Translations under genes and position numbers: made by a program
Assembly: GCA_016192915.1 (NCBI GenBank)
Contig: JACPTF010000002.1
Coordinates: 131,530-195,529 of the forward strand
Length of the DNA stretch: 64,000 nt
From: Candidatus Woesearchaeota archaeon
GTDB taxonomy: Archaea; Nanobdellota; Nanobdellia; Woesearchaeales; UBA10216
Direction: 5' to 3'
The notes under the pieces: model-generated
What the model was told of the DNA's origin: nothing
What the model saw: only the letters and a program-made list of their open reading frames with translations
Databases searched by the model: none
In this document: one piece after another, positions 37,551 to 47,164 of the stretch
Numbering within the stretch: position 1 is the first letter of the stretch
Layout of the letters: each line of letters starts with the position of its first letter

Positions 37551-39752
37551 TTACCTCTTTTTCTTGCTTTTTGCCGAAGCACCTGTGACTGCTGCTGTCG
37601 TGGCCTCCGCTTTTTGCAGCTTAGACAAGAACCCGCCCCTGTCGATAAGGGCTTTTATTGCAACAACCGCCTTCCTTATGTCGTTAAAGTCCGGTATGCG
37701 CATGTTGTCGAGGTAGTGCATACCCTTCCTGCTGAACCTCCCACCCATGAAACAGCTTATGATGGGCTTGCCGGGAAAGAGCTTATGGGCTTCAACAACA
37801 GCCTTCGCGTCAAGGACAGGGTTAGTCATTGCCTGAAGCGTCTGGATTATGATGAGGCCGTGAATGTAAGGCTCTTTCAGCAGCGCGTTTATGGCGAGCT
37901 CGTACCTGTCAGGCATTGCATCGCCGACAATATCAAGAGGATTTCTTCTTGAATAGGCGGGGTGCATTACGCCGCTCTTGTCAAAGGCTTTCAGCACGTC
38001 CTTGCTTAACTGGGGGAGCTTCACCCCAAGCTCATCACAGTAGTCGGAGCAGATGACGCCGCAGCCGCCACCATTCGTAACTATCCCGATTCCATTGCCG
38101 CTGCACACAGGCTGCTCAGCAAGCACCTTTGCCAAATCAAAGAGTTCTTCAACAGTATCTGCAATAACTGCGCCAGTTTGCCTGACTGCCGCCTCAAACA
38201 CCTTGGCATCGCCTGCCAAAGAGGCTGTGTGGGTTGCTGCTGCACTTGTACCTGAAGATGTTCTCCCGCCCTTTAATACAACGACCGGCTTTTTGATAAC
38301 AAGCTGCCTGAGCTTCTCAAAAAAGGCTCTGCCATTGTTAACACCTTCAATGTAAATAGCAACAGACCGTGTTTCCTCATCGTTAGCGAAGAAATCAAAG
38401 AAGTCATAGCAGTCGAGCATTGCCTTGTTGCCGTAGCTGACAATTGCGCTAAAGCCGTATCTGGCCTGTATGGACCAGTCAATTATGCTGTCTGCCAGCG
38501 CGCCCGACTGGCTAACGAAGGCAACTGACCCTTTTGGAGGCATGCTCGGCCCAAAGCTGGCATTGAGGTTATGCGCAGGCCTCACTATGCCGAGGCAGTT
38601 AGGGCCCAGCATGGGAATCCTTGCCTTCTTGAGCTTATCAGTCATTTTTGCTTGAAGCCTTCTGCCTTCTTCATTGAACTCGCCAAATCCCGAGCTGATT
38701 ATTATGGCGGATTTCACCTTTTTCTTGATGCAGTCGTCAACAGCCTTCATCACGATAGCATGAGGAACAGCAACAATGGCCATGTCAACATCCTCTGGTA
38801 TGCTCGAGACAGAAGGGTAGCACTTAAACCCGAGAATCTCTGTGGCAAAAGGGTTAACAGGGAAAAGCTTGCCCAGGAAAGGCCTGCAGTACTCGCAGCG
38901 GTGAACGCAGCCAAGGGTAAGGTTGCGCATTATGGACTGGCCAACAGATTCAGCATGCCTGGAAGCACCAATAACTGCCACAGAGGTGGGGGTGAAGAAC
39001 TTTGTAACAGCGGCAGGTTTCCAGCCATCGCTTGCCGATTTTGCTATTTTCGCTGCAGCTTTTTGGGCAACAGCCCTCACATCAACTGCAGTAACATCAC
39101 CAGAATCCTCAGCAACAAAAACAGGGTTTATGTCAAGCTCGCGGATTTCTGGATGATTCATCATAAGATTTGAGGCCTTAACAATGGCCGCCGCCAGATT
39201 CTGCAGCGCAATACCGCCGCCCTTTAAATTCTGAAGTTTGCCGTAAAACCTCGTGCCTTTAATCATGGCCGAAGCTTCTTCAGCTGCTACAGGGCAAAGC
39301 ATCACCGCAACATCGCCCAGCTCCTCGGCCAGGATGCCGCCAGAGCCAAATAAGATGGCAGGTCCAAAAGAAATGTCACGCTTTGCGCCAATGATGCACT
39401 CAAGTCCTGAAATCTCTTTCTGGACGGCAAGCACAAGCCTTCGCTCCACAGACTTTTTTGAGGCAAGCTTTGAATGGGCAGCCACTAGCTTCTTATAAGC
39501 GGCAGCGAGAGATTGAACGCTCTCAACTCTGGCAACCAGCCCATGCTTCGCCTTGTGAACGGCAACCTCTTTGGCTGGGGATGAAACAACCTTAAGAAAT
39601 ACAGGGAAACCCAGCTTTTCTGCGGCTGAAAGGCAGGCGGCTTCGTAAGCATTCTCCAAAAAAACTGTTGAGGGGAATGGTATCCCGGCCCTTGCCAGCA
39701 GATTAACAGCTTCTGAAAAGGCAAGAGGCCGTGCCGAGCTTTTTTGTGCCAT
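37551..39752 (-). CDS. ADP-forming acetate/acyl--CoA ligase, beta-alpha fusion
   Basis: N-terminal ATP-grasp (LGFPVFLK, FGPAILFGSGG, ELDINP), then VAVIGAS, GPNCLG, SQSGA, THTASLAG. Confidence 0.9.
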   Translation of the reverse strand: MAQKSSARPLAFSEAVNLLARAGIPFPSTVFLENAYEAACLSAAEKLGFPVFLKVVSSPAKEVAVHKAKHGLVARVESVQSLAAAYKKLVAAHSKLASKKSVERRLVLAVQKEISGLECIIGAKRDISFGPAILFGSGGILAEELGDVAVMLCPVAAEEASAMIKGTRFYGKLQNLKGGGIALQNLAAAIVKASNLMMNHPEIRELDINPVFVAEDSGDVTAVDVRAVAQKAAAKIAKSASDGWKPAAVTKFFTPTSVAVIGASRHAESVGQSIMRNLTLGCVHRCEYCRPFLGKLFPVNPFATEILGFKCYPSVSSIPEDVDMAIVAVPHAIVMKAVDDCIKKKVKSAIIISSGFGEFNEEGRRLQAKMTDKLKKARIPMLGPNCLGIVRPAHNLNASFGPSMPPKGSVAFVSQSGALADSIIDWSIQARYGFSAIVSYGNKAMLDCYDFFDFFANDEETRSVAIYIEGVNNGRAFFEKLRQLVIKKPVVVLKGGRTSSGTSAAATHTASLAGDAKVFEAAVRQTGAVIADTVEELFDLAKVLAEQPVCSGNGIGIVTNGGGCGVICSDYCDELGVKLPQLSKDVLKAFDKSGVMHPAYSRRNPLDIVGDAMPDRYELAINALLKEPYIHGLIIIQTLQAMTNPVLDAKAVVEAHKLFPGKPIISCFMGGRFSRKGMHYLDNMRIPDFNDIRKAVVAIKALIDRGGFLSKLQKAEATTAAVTGASAKSKKKR

Positions 39753-39946
39753 TCCATTACAAACCGACGCCAAATTATTTAAAACTATTTATCAAACCAT
39801 AAAACAGGCAAGCTTTGCGGGGCAAAGCTTAAATAGTAGTTCTTAAGCAGTCAGCAAGGTTCATTTACTGGGGTGCAGTAAAAAAACGTAACATATTAAT
39901 AGTAGTGTTGTCAATTCACCCCTTATTAATTGTTGGAGGGTTTCAA

Positions 39947-40768
39947 ATGATTATTAAAGAAGAATTCCTTAGTAAACTCAGGACTTATTTCTCGCTAAAC
40001 CTTTACGAAGTCAAAATATGGACAGCGTTGCTGTCAAGAGGAGTCGCAACAGCCGGTGAGCTTTCTGATATTGCTAATGTTCCCAGGAGCAGGAGCTATG
40101 ATGTTTTGGAGAGTTTGGAAAAGAAGGGATTTGTAATAATGAAGTTTGGCAAGCCGATAAAGTACCTTGCAGTGCAGCCAGTAGAGGTAGTTGAAAGGGT
40201 AAAGAAGCATATGAAGGAGGAGTCTGAAAAAAGGCTCAAGAGGCTTGATGAAGTTAAAAACACAGAGATTGTTGATGAGCTCAAGATGCTGCACCAGCAG
40301 GGTATAGAGCTTGTAGAGCCGGCAGACCTTTCAGGCAGCCTGAAGGGAAGGCACAACCTCTACAACCACCTTGATCTCATGATAAAGAACGCCGAAAAAA
40401 CCGTTACAATACTGACAACATCCCAGGATTTCCTTAGAAAAGTGGAAGGCTTGAAGATGACAATGGAAAAGGCTAAGAAAAGGGGTGTAAAAATCAGAAT
40501 TGCCGTGCCTATCTCAAAGGAAAACAAGCACGCTGTAGACGCAATCACCGACATTGCAGAGGTGAGGCACACCGAAGCAAAAGGGAGGTTCTGCGTTATT
40601 GACGGCAAGGAAATGATGTTCATGGTAATGGATGACAAGGACGTCCACCCAACCTATGACGTGGGCATCTGGGTTAACACGCCATTCTTCGCGGCAGCGC
40701 TAGAGAGCCTGTTTGAGGTTGCCTGGAAAGGCATGAAGTCTGCAGTTGAAGTAGCTAGACGTGCATAA
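39947..40768 (+). CDS. TrmB family transcriptional regulator (paralog 2)
   Basis: LNLYEVKIW...VPRSRSYDVLESLEKKG, GRFCVIDGKE; GGAGG SD. Confidence 0.9.
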   Translation: MIIKEEFLSKLRTYFSLNLYEVKIWTALLSRGVATAGELSDIANVPRSRSYDVLESLEKKGFVIMKFGKPIKYLAVQPVEVVERVKKHMKEESEKRLKRLDEVKNTEIVDELKMLHQQGIELVEPADLSGSLKGRHNLYNHLDLMIKNAEKTVTILTTSQDFLRKVEGLKMTMEKAKKRGVKIRIAVPISKENKHAVDAITDIAEVRHTEAKGRFCVIDGKEMMFMVMDDKDVHPTYDVGIWVNTPFFAAALESLFEVAWKGMKSAVEVARRA

Positions 40769-40782
40769 AACGATCTTCCTGT

Positions 40783-41436
40783 TTATCTATGTGTGGAATC
40801 AACTACTTTCTTGATGTCTGCTGCCTTCTTTGGCCCTATCAGCTCAACCTTTTGCAGCTGTTCCTCGCTCGCATTGATTATTTCGGCTACGGACCCGAAT
40901 TTTCCCAGGAGAGCCCTTGCCAGTTTCAGCTCTATCCCTGGCAGTGAGGTAATTACATACTCCTGCTGCTCCTTTAGCGTCGCAGGCTTTTTGGCGTGCA
41001 TGGCTGGCTGCGGTACATTATTTTCCATCTCCCTTTTTGCAATCGCCACGATTAAGCCAGCAGTGTCTCTTGGATTTCTGGAATGAAGTATGGGTATGCC
41101 ATAGCCTACCGCTATTGCAGCCAGCATGCCCCTTATAGCGTTTGGGTGCACATTCCTGATTGAGTAGAGGTCATGTTCGTCTGCTCCTTCTATTATCAGT
41201 ACAGGCCTCTCGAAGCTTTCCTTCATTTCCCTCAGCTGCCGCAGCAGCCTTCCATCTACGATTGAATTAACAAAATCAGAAGAGCGTTTCAGCTCAACAG
41301 CAGCCCTGCTGCTGCACAGGAAATCCCCTACCGGAAGGGCTTTGAGCTCTATCAGTGCTCCTTCATCATATAGGGCTTTGACAACGCCTGAATGCTTTTC
41401 CCTTACGTCGGCAAATATCCTTATTTTCTCTTCCAT
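40783..41436 (-). CDS. ERCC4/XPF nuclease with HhH motifs (Hef nuclease moiety)
   Basis: ADVRE, GDF, VELKRSSDFVNSIVDGRL, two HhH motifs; in frame with the upstream helicase. Confidence 0.9.
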   Translation of the reverse strand: MEEKIRIFADVREKHSGVVKALYDEGALIELKALPVGDFLCSSRAAVELKRSSDFVNSIVDGRLLRQLREMKESFERPVLIIEGADEHDLYSIRNVHPNAIRGMLAAIAVGYGIPILHSRNPRDTAGLIVAIAKREMENNVPQPAMHAKKPATLKEQQEYVITSLPGIELKLARALLGKFGSVAEIINASEEQLQKVELIGPKKAADIKKVVDSTHR

Positions 41437-41451
41437 TTTTATTTTAGTCAA

Positions 41452-43008
41452 CTAGGCAAATTTGTCAAGCTGTCTTTGTGCTATTGGCGTTAGCTTGAGT
41501 TTGCTTTTCAGTGTTTTCAGTATGCGGTGCATCCTCTTTTCCCTGTGGTGGGCAACCCACCTGAATGCTTCGTCTCTGGTGTCTCTTGTCACGAGTATTA
41601 CGACCTTGCCTTTTTCCTGCCTTCCTGTTCTCCCCCTGCGCTGAATCTGTCTTATCGCTGAGGGTATTGGCTCGTAAAAAACCACCAAATCAACCTTTGG
41701 AATGTCCAGCCCTTCCTCTCCGATTGAAGTGGCAATTATGGCGTTGAACTCGCCCTCTGCAAATCTCCGGAGAAGTTCCTTTTGCTCCTTTTGCGATAGC
41801 CCTGTATCGCCTTTTTTCATCTGCCCCACGAAGATGCTGGCCCTGACCCCTTCCATTTTATTGAGCTCATGCTGCAGTTTCTGTGCCGAATCCCTGTACT
41901 GGTTGAACACTATTGCCTTTGCCCCTTTGGCATCAGCAACGTTCTCTTTTATTATCCTCTTAAGCTCGTCCAGTTTGGGGTGCTCGACTTTTTTCTCGTA
42001 AAGCTGCCATGTTTTTTCAATTGCGGCAAGGAAATTGTTGTCAGTGAAAAGCCTTTTGACCGCTTTTGTCTTCGCTGCCTTTGCGTCTTCCTTTAGCCTT
42101 TCCGCGTATTTGTAAAGTGCCGTAACCCCCTGCGTTTCTATTAACTCTAGTGCGTGCCCGACTTTCATTGCTTCTGACAGGGCTGAAACAGCCATGAGCA
42201 GCGGGAAATGCTTCCTGCCGCTTGCCATTTCTGCATGCAGCCTTGCCTGAAGCTTTAGGAGGTCGCCTTTGGTGACTCCGGTTATTCCGCTGAGGAAACC
42301 CATCTTTTTAACCACTTCAAGCTTAGACCTCAAAGACAGCTCCAGAAGCTTTTTTATCTCCACAAACTCCCCAGGAAGGTCGACCTTTACCCAGTCTATG
42401 TTCATCTCCTGAACGTAGGGCTTCACGTCCTGATCAGACTCTGTTCTGACCTCTATGTCCTCTATGAACAGGTTTTGGCAGACCTCTGTTATCTTTTCCA
42501 TGTCGCTTCCCGGTGACGCTGTTAGTGCCAGTATTCTTGGGAACCTTGCAGTTTTGATGTAGTGCTTTGCTATCCAGACATAGCTATAATCCTTCACTGC
42601 CCTGTGAGCCTCGTCAAACCCCAGCAGTGTGGCGTTTTCAAGGCTTATCCTCCCGGCAAGCAGGTCGTTCTCCAGCCCCTGTGGTGTGCTGAATATCACT
42701 GTAGCATTGCCCCACAGCTCCATCCTCTTCTCAGCAGCAACCACCCCAGTAAGCACAGCCATCCTTCCCTCTGCTATGTCAAAGTATTTCCTGAAAACCT
42801 CCCTGTACTGGTCAATGAGGGGCCTTGTTGGCCCTATCAGGAGTATCTTGCTGTCAGGGTAAAGCTTGAGCCTGTGCGCTGCCAGCATGAGGAATATGTT
42901 TGTCTTCCCCAGCCCCGTTGGCAAAACCACCAGGGTGTTTTTGGTGGTGGTGGTTGCCAGGATGGTTTCCTGGTACAGCCTTGGGGTAAATCCTTTTATC
43001 ATCAGCAT
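41452..43008 (-). CDS. hef: Hef/FANCM-type SF2 helicase moiety
   Basis: PRLYQ, LPTGLGKT, DEAH, LTASPG, EEGLDIP, QRRGRTGR. Confidence 0.92.
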   Translation of the reverse strand: MLMIKGFTPRLYQETILATTTTKNTLVVLPTGLGKTNIFLMLAAHRLKLYPDSKILLIGPTRPLIDQYREVFRKYFDIAEGRMAVLTGVVAAEKRMELWGNATVIFSTPQGLENDLLAGRISLENATLLGFDEAHRAVKDYSYVWIAKHYIKTARFPRILALTASPGSDMEKITEVCQNLFIEDIEVRTESDQDVKPYVQEMNIDWVKVDLPGEFVEIKKLLELSLRSKLEVVKKMGFLSGITGVTKGDLLKLQARLHAEMASGRKHFPLLMAVSALSEAMKVGHALELIETQGVTALYKYAERLKEDAKAAKTKAVKRLFTDNNFLAAIEKTWQLYEKKVEHPKLDELKRIIKENVADAKGAKAIVFNQYRDSAQKLQHELNKMEGVRASIFVGQMKKGDTGLSQKEQKELLRRFAEGEFNAIIATSIGEEGLDIPKVDLVVFYEPIPSAIRQIQRRGRTGRQEKGKVVILVTRDTRDEAFRWVAHHREKRMHRILKTLKSKLKLTPIAQRQLDKFA

Positions 43009-43034
43009 CTGCCAGCAATCTTTGAGTTAAAAAC

Positions 43035-43379
43035 TTATGCCAAGAAATCAAGGTTTTTGTGCAGGTAATAGCTTGCTGCAGTTGCCGAAACAAACACTAA
43101 GGTTATGATGATGCCGTTCCCTATCCTGTGGCCTATTAAGTAGCCGACTATGAAGGCTAGGCCTATTGCCTGGAAAGGCAAGGGGTCGTTCTGCCTTTTA
43201 ACGTAAAAAAGCCTCCCGGCGATTAAGCCTGCAGCCGCAACTAAAACGTGCGCAAATGTTGCATCAACAACAAGCTTTCCCAAAACAAATCCCGTGATCA
43301 GAGTTCCAAAAAAGGATAGCTCTACCCAGTTTGTCAGGACTTCAAACCCTCCCTTTCTCCAGCGCCTCATCTTTATCAC
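43035..43379 (-). CDS. Small polytopic membrane protein
   Basis: About four hydrophobic segments; overlaps the upstream peptidase stop. Confidence 0.7.
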   Translation of the reverse strand: MIKMRRWRKGGFEVLTNWVELSFFGTLITGFVLGKLVVDATFAHVLVAAAGLIAGRLFYVKRQNDPLPFQAIGLAFIVGYLIGHRIGNGIIITLVFVSATAASYYLHKNLDFLA

Positions 43380-44131
43380 TTAAGCAGCTTGCCTTCAACG
43401 AATTTGAAATACATCACTGCAGTAAATATTCCTATGGCAAGAGCGGCTGCTATTGTAAGCCATGTGCTTAGCCATGGTATAAGGAGCAGCAGCCCGCAGC
43501 TTATTACTGCCCCGAAAACAAACGGGTAGGCTGTTTTGCTGGCGTACATTATGTTCGCCCCGTCCAGTGGCGGTATGGGCAGTACATTGGTTATTGCAAA
43601 CAACACATTCACAAGGATGAGCTTCTCAGAAACAGGCTGCGGCAGGAACCCCATGCTTTTGACTATAATTGCAATCAGCAGGTTTGTGAGCGGCCCTGCC
43701 AGTGATACCTTTCCAAGGTCAAAGTACCCCAATTGGTACCTGAAATAGCCCAGCCTGTGCTTCTCCATTATGTTCAGGAACACGCCGCTGTAAGCAAGGA
43801 ATATCACTTTGCCGTAAGTCATGAAAGCCAGAATAATGCCTGCGAGCAGCCCGTAAATGAATGGCTTGAATTCTGTCTTGTATCCCATGTTCAGCCCGAA
43901 TATCCTGTGCGCTGACTCGTGCGCAAAAACCGCGACTGCCACCGCTATCAGGCTTAAACCGAAATTGTTCAGGAAAACGTTGAGGGCAAACTTGTCCCCC
44001 TCAAACCTGAATCCGACTATGAACGCCATTACCAGCACAGATATCAGGAGAAAAATCTGCTCGTTCCTGCTGAATGCATAGTACCTTTTAAGCCTGTCCA
44101 GCCAGTCGTAAAAGCTATACAGTGATGCCAT
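43376..44131 (-). CDS. M50/site-2 family intramembrane metalloprotease
   Basis: HESAH, AGPLTN, NVLPIPPLDG. Confidence 0.88.
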   Translation of the reverse strand: MASLYSFYDWLDRLKRYYAFSRNEQIFLLISVLVMAFIVGFRFEGDKFALNVFLNNFGLSLIAVAVAVFAHESAHRIFGLNMGYKTEFKPFIYGLLAGIILAFMTYGKVIFLAYSGVFLNIMEKHRLGYFRYQLGYFDLGKVSLAGPLTNLLIAIIVKSMGFLPQPVSEKLILVNVLFAITNVLPIPPLDGANIMYASKTAYPFVFGAVISCGLLLLIPWLSTWLTIAAALAIGIFTAVMYFKFVEGKLLK

Positions 44132-44178
44132 CTTTTTTTCTCCCTCTCTTTTTAGCTTACTATCCTATTAGCAACTTT

Positions 44179-44859
44179 TTAAATGCTTCGCTCAGTTTGT
44201 TTTTTAACAAGCCTCATAATCTCCCTCTCGTGCCCCGCCCCCACAACCGCGACTATCTTGCTGTCAAGTTCGCTTCTCATTATCGTGGCAAGCATCTTAG
44301 CCATGTAATAATCCCTGTCTGTTACAAGCGCCTTGTATAGCCCAGGATACCTCCCCTTTACCTTTCGCATTGCCATCTCTACAAAGCTGCCTGTTGGCGT
44401 CTTTGAGAGGTCTATGTTTACCTTTTCCGTTTCTAGCCCAGCCATTCCGAAGATTACGTCTTTGGCAAGCCTCAGTTTTTCCCTGAGCCGTATTTTTGAC
44501 AGGTTCCTCATTGTTATACTGAGCGGCTGGTCTATCAAGGCAACCCTTGCGTTGTTCTGCTTCGCTACCTCCACAGCTGTTTTCATTTCCTCCCCAGGAA
44601 CTGCACCAATGAGCCTGCCAAGTTTTCTTTGCAGCAGCCCTCCTATTGTAAAGAAAGCAAACCCTGTAAGGCCCATGGCCCTCAGCGCGGCAATGCTGAA
44701 CCTGGGCTTCTCCTCAGAAAGCAGCGCGTGAAGCCTGGCGTGGTCAAGCTCAACCGCCACTATGTCAGGCTTCTCAGCCGTTATTGTCTCAGTTACCCTT
44801 CTCACGCTGTCTTTGGCTATGTGCGATGTCCCTATTATTGTCAGGTTTTCATGTTTCAT
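44179..44859 (-). CDS. TraB family protein
   Basis: IIGTSH, VAVELD, PGEEM, LID, RDYYMA, VVGAGH. Confidence 0.9.
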   Translation of the reverse strand: MKHENLTIIGTSHIAKDSVRRVTETITAEKPDIVAVELDHARLHALLSEEKPRFSIAALRAMGLTGFAFFTIGGLLQRKLGRLIGAVPGEEMKTAVEVAKQNNARVALIDQPLSITMRNLSKIRLREKLRLAKDVIFGMAGLETEKVNIDLSKTPTGSFVEMAMRKVKGRYPGLYKALVTDRDYYMAKMLATIMRSELDSKIVAVVGAGHEREIMRLVKKQTERSI

Positions 44860-44970
44860 TTTTGTTTGCCCCAGTGACGATTTTTTAAGCTGGAGGTTCC
44901 AAAAAATTTATATATCGCTGCAGGGATAGTTGCAGGCTTAAGTGTTTATTGTTTTTGGAAGGTGAGCTTT

Positions 44971-45246
44971 ATGCTGAGGACAAAAAGGGTTAGAGAAACT
45001 TATGATATGAGGGTTTTTACCGATACGGGCGATTACTTTGGCGATGTTGAGGAAGCCCTCATGACCCAGACCAAGGTCATAGGCTGGCGTGTCAAAGCCA
45101 CCAGAAACTCTGTTCTGAGCAAGCTCTTGGGCAGCGCTAAGGGCGTTGTAGTCCCGCATCAGCTGGTCAAGTCCGTTGGGGACGTCATGATAATTTCCAA
45201 GGCGGCGATGCCAAGCTACACTGGAGAAGAGCCGGTTGGTGTTTAG
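44971..45246 (+). CDS. PRC-barrel protein (CdpB-like), second paralog
   Basis: VFTDTGDYFGDVEE, VPHQLVKSVGDVMII; AAGGTGA SD. Confidence 0.88.
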   Translation: MLRTKRVRETYDMRVFTDTGDYFGDVEEALMTQTKVIGWRVKATRNSVLSKLLGSAKGVVVPHQLVKSVGDVMIISKAAMPSYTGEEPVGV

Positions 45247-45273
45247 CTAATTTCTCAAAGCTTATCAAAGAAG

Positions 45274-46593
45274 CTACAGAAGCTGCCTTTGCTCGTACAC
45301 CAACCTTGGCCTCTGCTGCACCAGTGGATCTTTAGTAAGTGCCACGAGGTTGTGCAAGGCAATGTTGAAGTTTACCCCAACCTGGGGTAGAGTATACCTT
45401 ACAAGTCTTTCCCTCTGACTGCCGTCTTCTACTACCTGTTCATGATCTTCAACAAGCACGCCCCCTTTTACATGCCCACTTTCTGAAAACCTTAACCCAT
45501 ACATTTTCTCAAAACCAGTCAGAGTGTCCCTTGATAGCTCTGGGAACATTGGCAAAACAACAAACTTTCTTCCAGGGTCCACCTCGCCTTCCAGCTGCCA
45601 TCTTGCTGTTCTAAGCATTCTAAGGTACGCAAAAACTGCATGCCTGTCAACAAGAACCTCATCCCCTTTTCTTTCTGCCCTGTTGAAGATCTGAATAGTT
45701 CTTCTGTGGTACTTTGCTGTCCAGAGCACCTCTTTAGGGCAAGTGTCCTCTGCCCTGAAGTCGTAGCTCATGCCAATAGCCTCTGGCGTAACCACAACAC
45801 TGTTCCTTCTCCTATCAAAATTCCTTCTGGGAACAAGGGGTATGTGATGCAGTGTTACAATGTAGGTCTCGCCTGGCTTTGTCAGTGAAGGAACGTTTTT
45901 TACTATAGCTAATCCTCCCATTGTCCATATATCGTCTGTGTCGCAGTAAAATGTAACTTCTCCTATAAAGTCGCCCCACAGCCTTTGCGGCAGAGTTCTG
46001 TCCATCAGCTGGGCTATAAAGAAATCAGATAAATACATCACCCTGAAAGTTCTGTTAGAAGATGTTATGCCTCTAAAATCTAAGCCCACTCTTATGTCCC
46101 CCATCTTTAGCCCTCTTAACCTCTCTTCCATGGCGTGAGGCATAAGAACAACAGCCTCGTCAATGCTATCATAACGAGGAGTGGTAACCAAATGATGGTT
46201 TTTTGAAAGCTGCATCCTTGGGTAATTGGGGAATATGTTGTTTTCTGGGGTAATTAGGACAACTTTGTTCGGTCCTGCCTCTAGTCTGGCTTCACTAAAC
46301 CGCTGCCAAGCGTCTCTATAAGGCTGCTCAAGATGAGCATATTCTTGTGAAGGGAAAATCCCGCCTTCCTCAAACTTGAACCGTCTGTACTCTTCTGGCA
46401 AGCGCAAATCTGGCACAACAACTAAGCCCTTGGCAGCTAACTCTCCCAAAACCTGCCTGCTGTTGTGGATGTAGTCCTGCCATGTGCGGTTGATAAACCT
46501 CAACTTAGGCTCGATTAGTTCCTTTATCCCAGCCGGCTGTAAGTTTCTTACAAGCCTTTCCAATGGTTTTTCAGCAATCTCCCCTAAAGTCAT
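45274..46593 (-). CDS. Hypothetical protein
   Basis: Long ORF filling the gap; no confident motif. Confidence 0.65.
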   Translation of the reverse strand: MTLGEIAEKPLERLVRNLQPAGIKELIEPKLRFINRTWQDYIHNSRQVLGELAAKGLVVVPDLRLPEEYRRFKFEEGGIFPSQEYAHLEQPYRDAWQRFSEARLEAGPNKVVLITPENNIFPNYPRMQLSKNHHLVTTPRYDSIDEAVVLMPHAMEERLRGLKMGDIRVGLDFRGITSSNRTFRVMYLSDFFIAQLMDRTLPQRLWGDFIGEVTFYCDTDDIWTMGGLAIVKNVPSLTKPGETYIVTLHHIPLVPRRNFDRRRNSVVVTPEAIGMSYDFRAEDTCPKEVLWTAKYHRRTIQIFNRAERKGDEVLVDRHAVFAYLRMLRTARWQLEGEVDPGRKFVVLPMFPELSRDTLTGFEKMYGLRFSESGHVKGGVLVEDHEQVVEDGSQRERLVRYTLPQVGVNFNIALHNLVALTKDPLVQQRPRLVYEQRQLL

Positions 46594-46685
46594 AACAATC
46601 TGGAAAGCATTCCGCAGTAAAAAATGTTGTGGTATTCTTACGGGCAGCAACACCTTTTTAAACCTAAAAACTACCCCCCCGCTTT

Positions 46686-46991
46686 ATGGCAGAAGCGTTA
46701 TCGAAAGAATCCATCCTTGACCAGCTCAAGCAAGTCGAGGACCCGGAGCTCCGTTGCAACATAGTTGATCTTGGCCTCATTTACGGTGTCAAGATAGACA
46801 ATGGCATGGTTGTTATTGACATGACCTTAACATCGCCAGCATGCCCTGTCGGCCCGTACATCATCGCAGAGGTTGAAAAGGCTGTAAAGAAGATGGCCGG
46901 TGTTACCGGAGTTACAGTTAACGTAGTCTGGGAGCCGTTGTGGAGCCCTGACCGCATGTCTGAAGAGGCCAAGGTTGCGCTTGGAATATGA
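46686..46991 (+). CDS. SufT/MIP18 (DUF59) Fe-S assembly protein
   Basis: DPEL, IVDLGLIY, MTLTSPACP, WEPLWSPDRMS. Confidence 0.92.
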   Translation: MAEALSKESILDQLKQVEDPELRCNIVDLGLIYGVKIDNGMVVIDMTLTSPACPVGPYIIAEVEKAVKKMAGVTGVTVNVVWEPLWSPDRMSEEAKVALGI

Positions 46992-47054
46992 GTCTTGTTT
47001 TGCACGGCTGCAACAACAATCTTTAAATCAGCACACAGAATCCTTCTTATCTGC

Positions 47055-47125
47055 ACGGCAGTGGTCCAGTGGTAGGACAAAAGCTTCCCAAGCTTTTAAT
47101 GCGGGTTCGATTCCCGCCTGCCGTA
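47055..47125 (+). tRNA. tRNA-Gly(CCC), no intron, CCA not encoded
   Basis: Acceptor ACGGCAG/CTGCCGT, D arm GTCC/GGAC, anticodon arm AAAGC-TTCCCAA-GCTTT, T arm GCGGG-TTCGATT-CCCGC; TATA at about 47022. Confidence 0.95.
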
Positions 47126-47164
47126 CTCATTAAAGTTATATACTGACTGGCATTAGCTGTGTTT

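Noticed and set aside
45243-45276. Possible decayed Family B copy
   Set aside because: Only the ATCAAAGAA tail matches and the stem is broken.
47055-47125. tRNA as the attachment site of an integrated element
   Set aside because: No integrase and no duplicated tRNA 3' end seen in the window.
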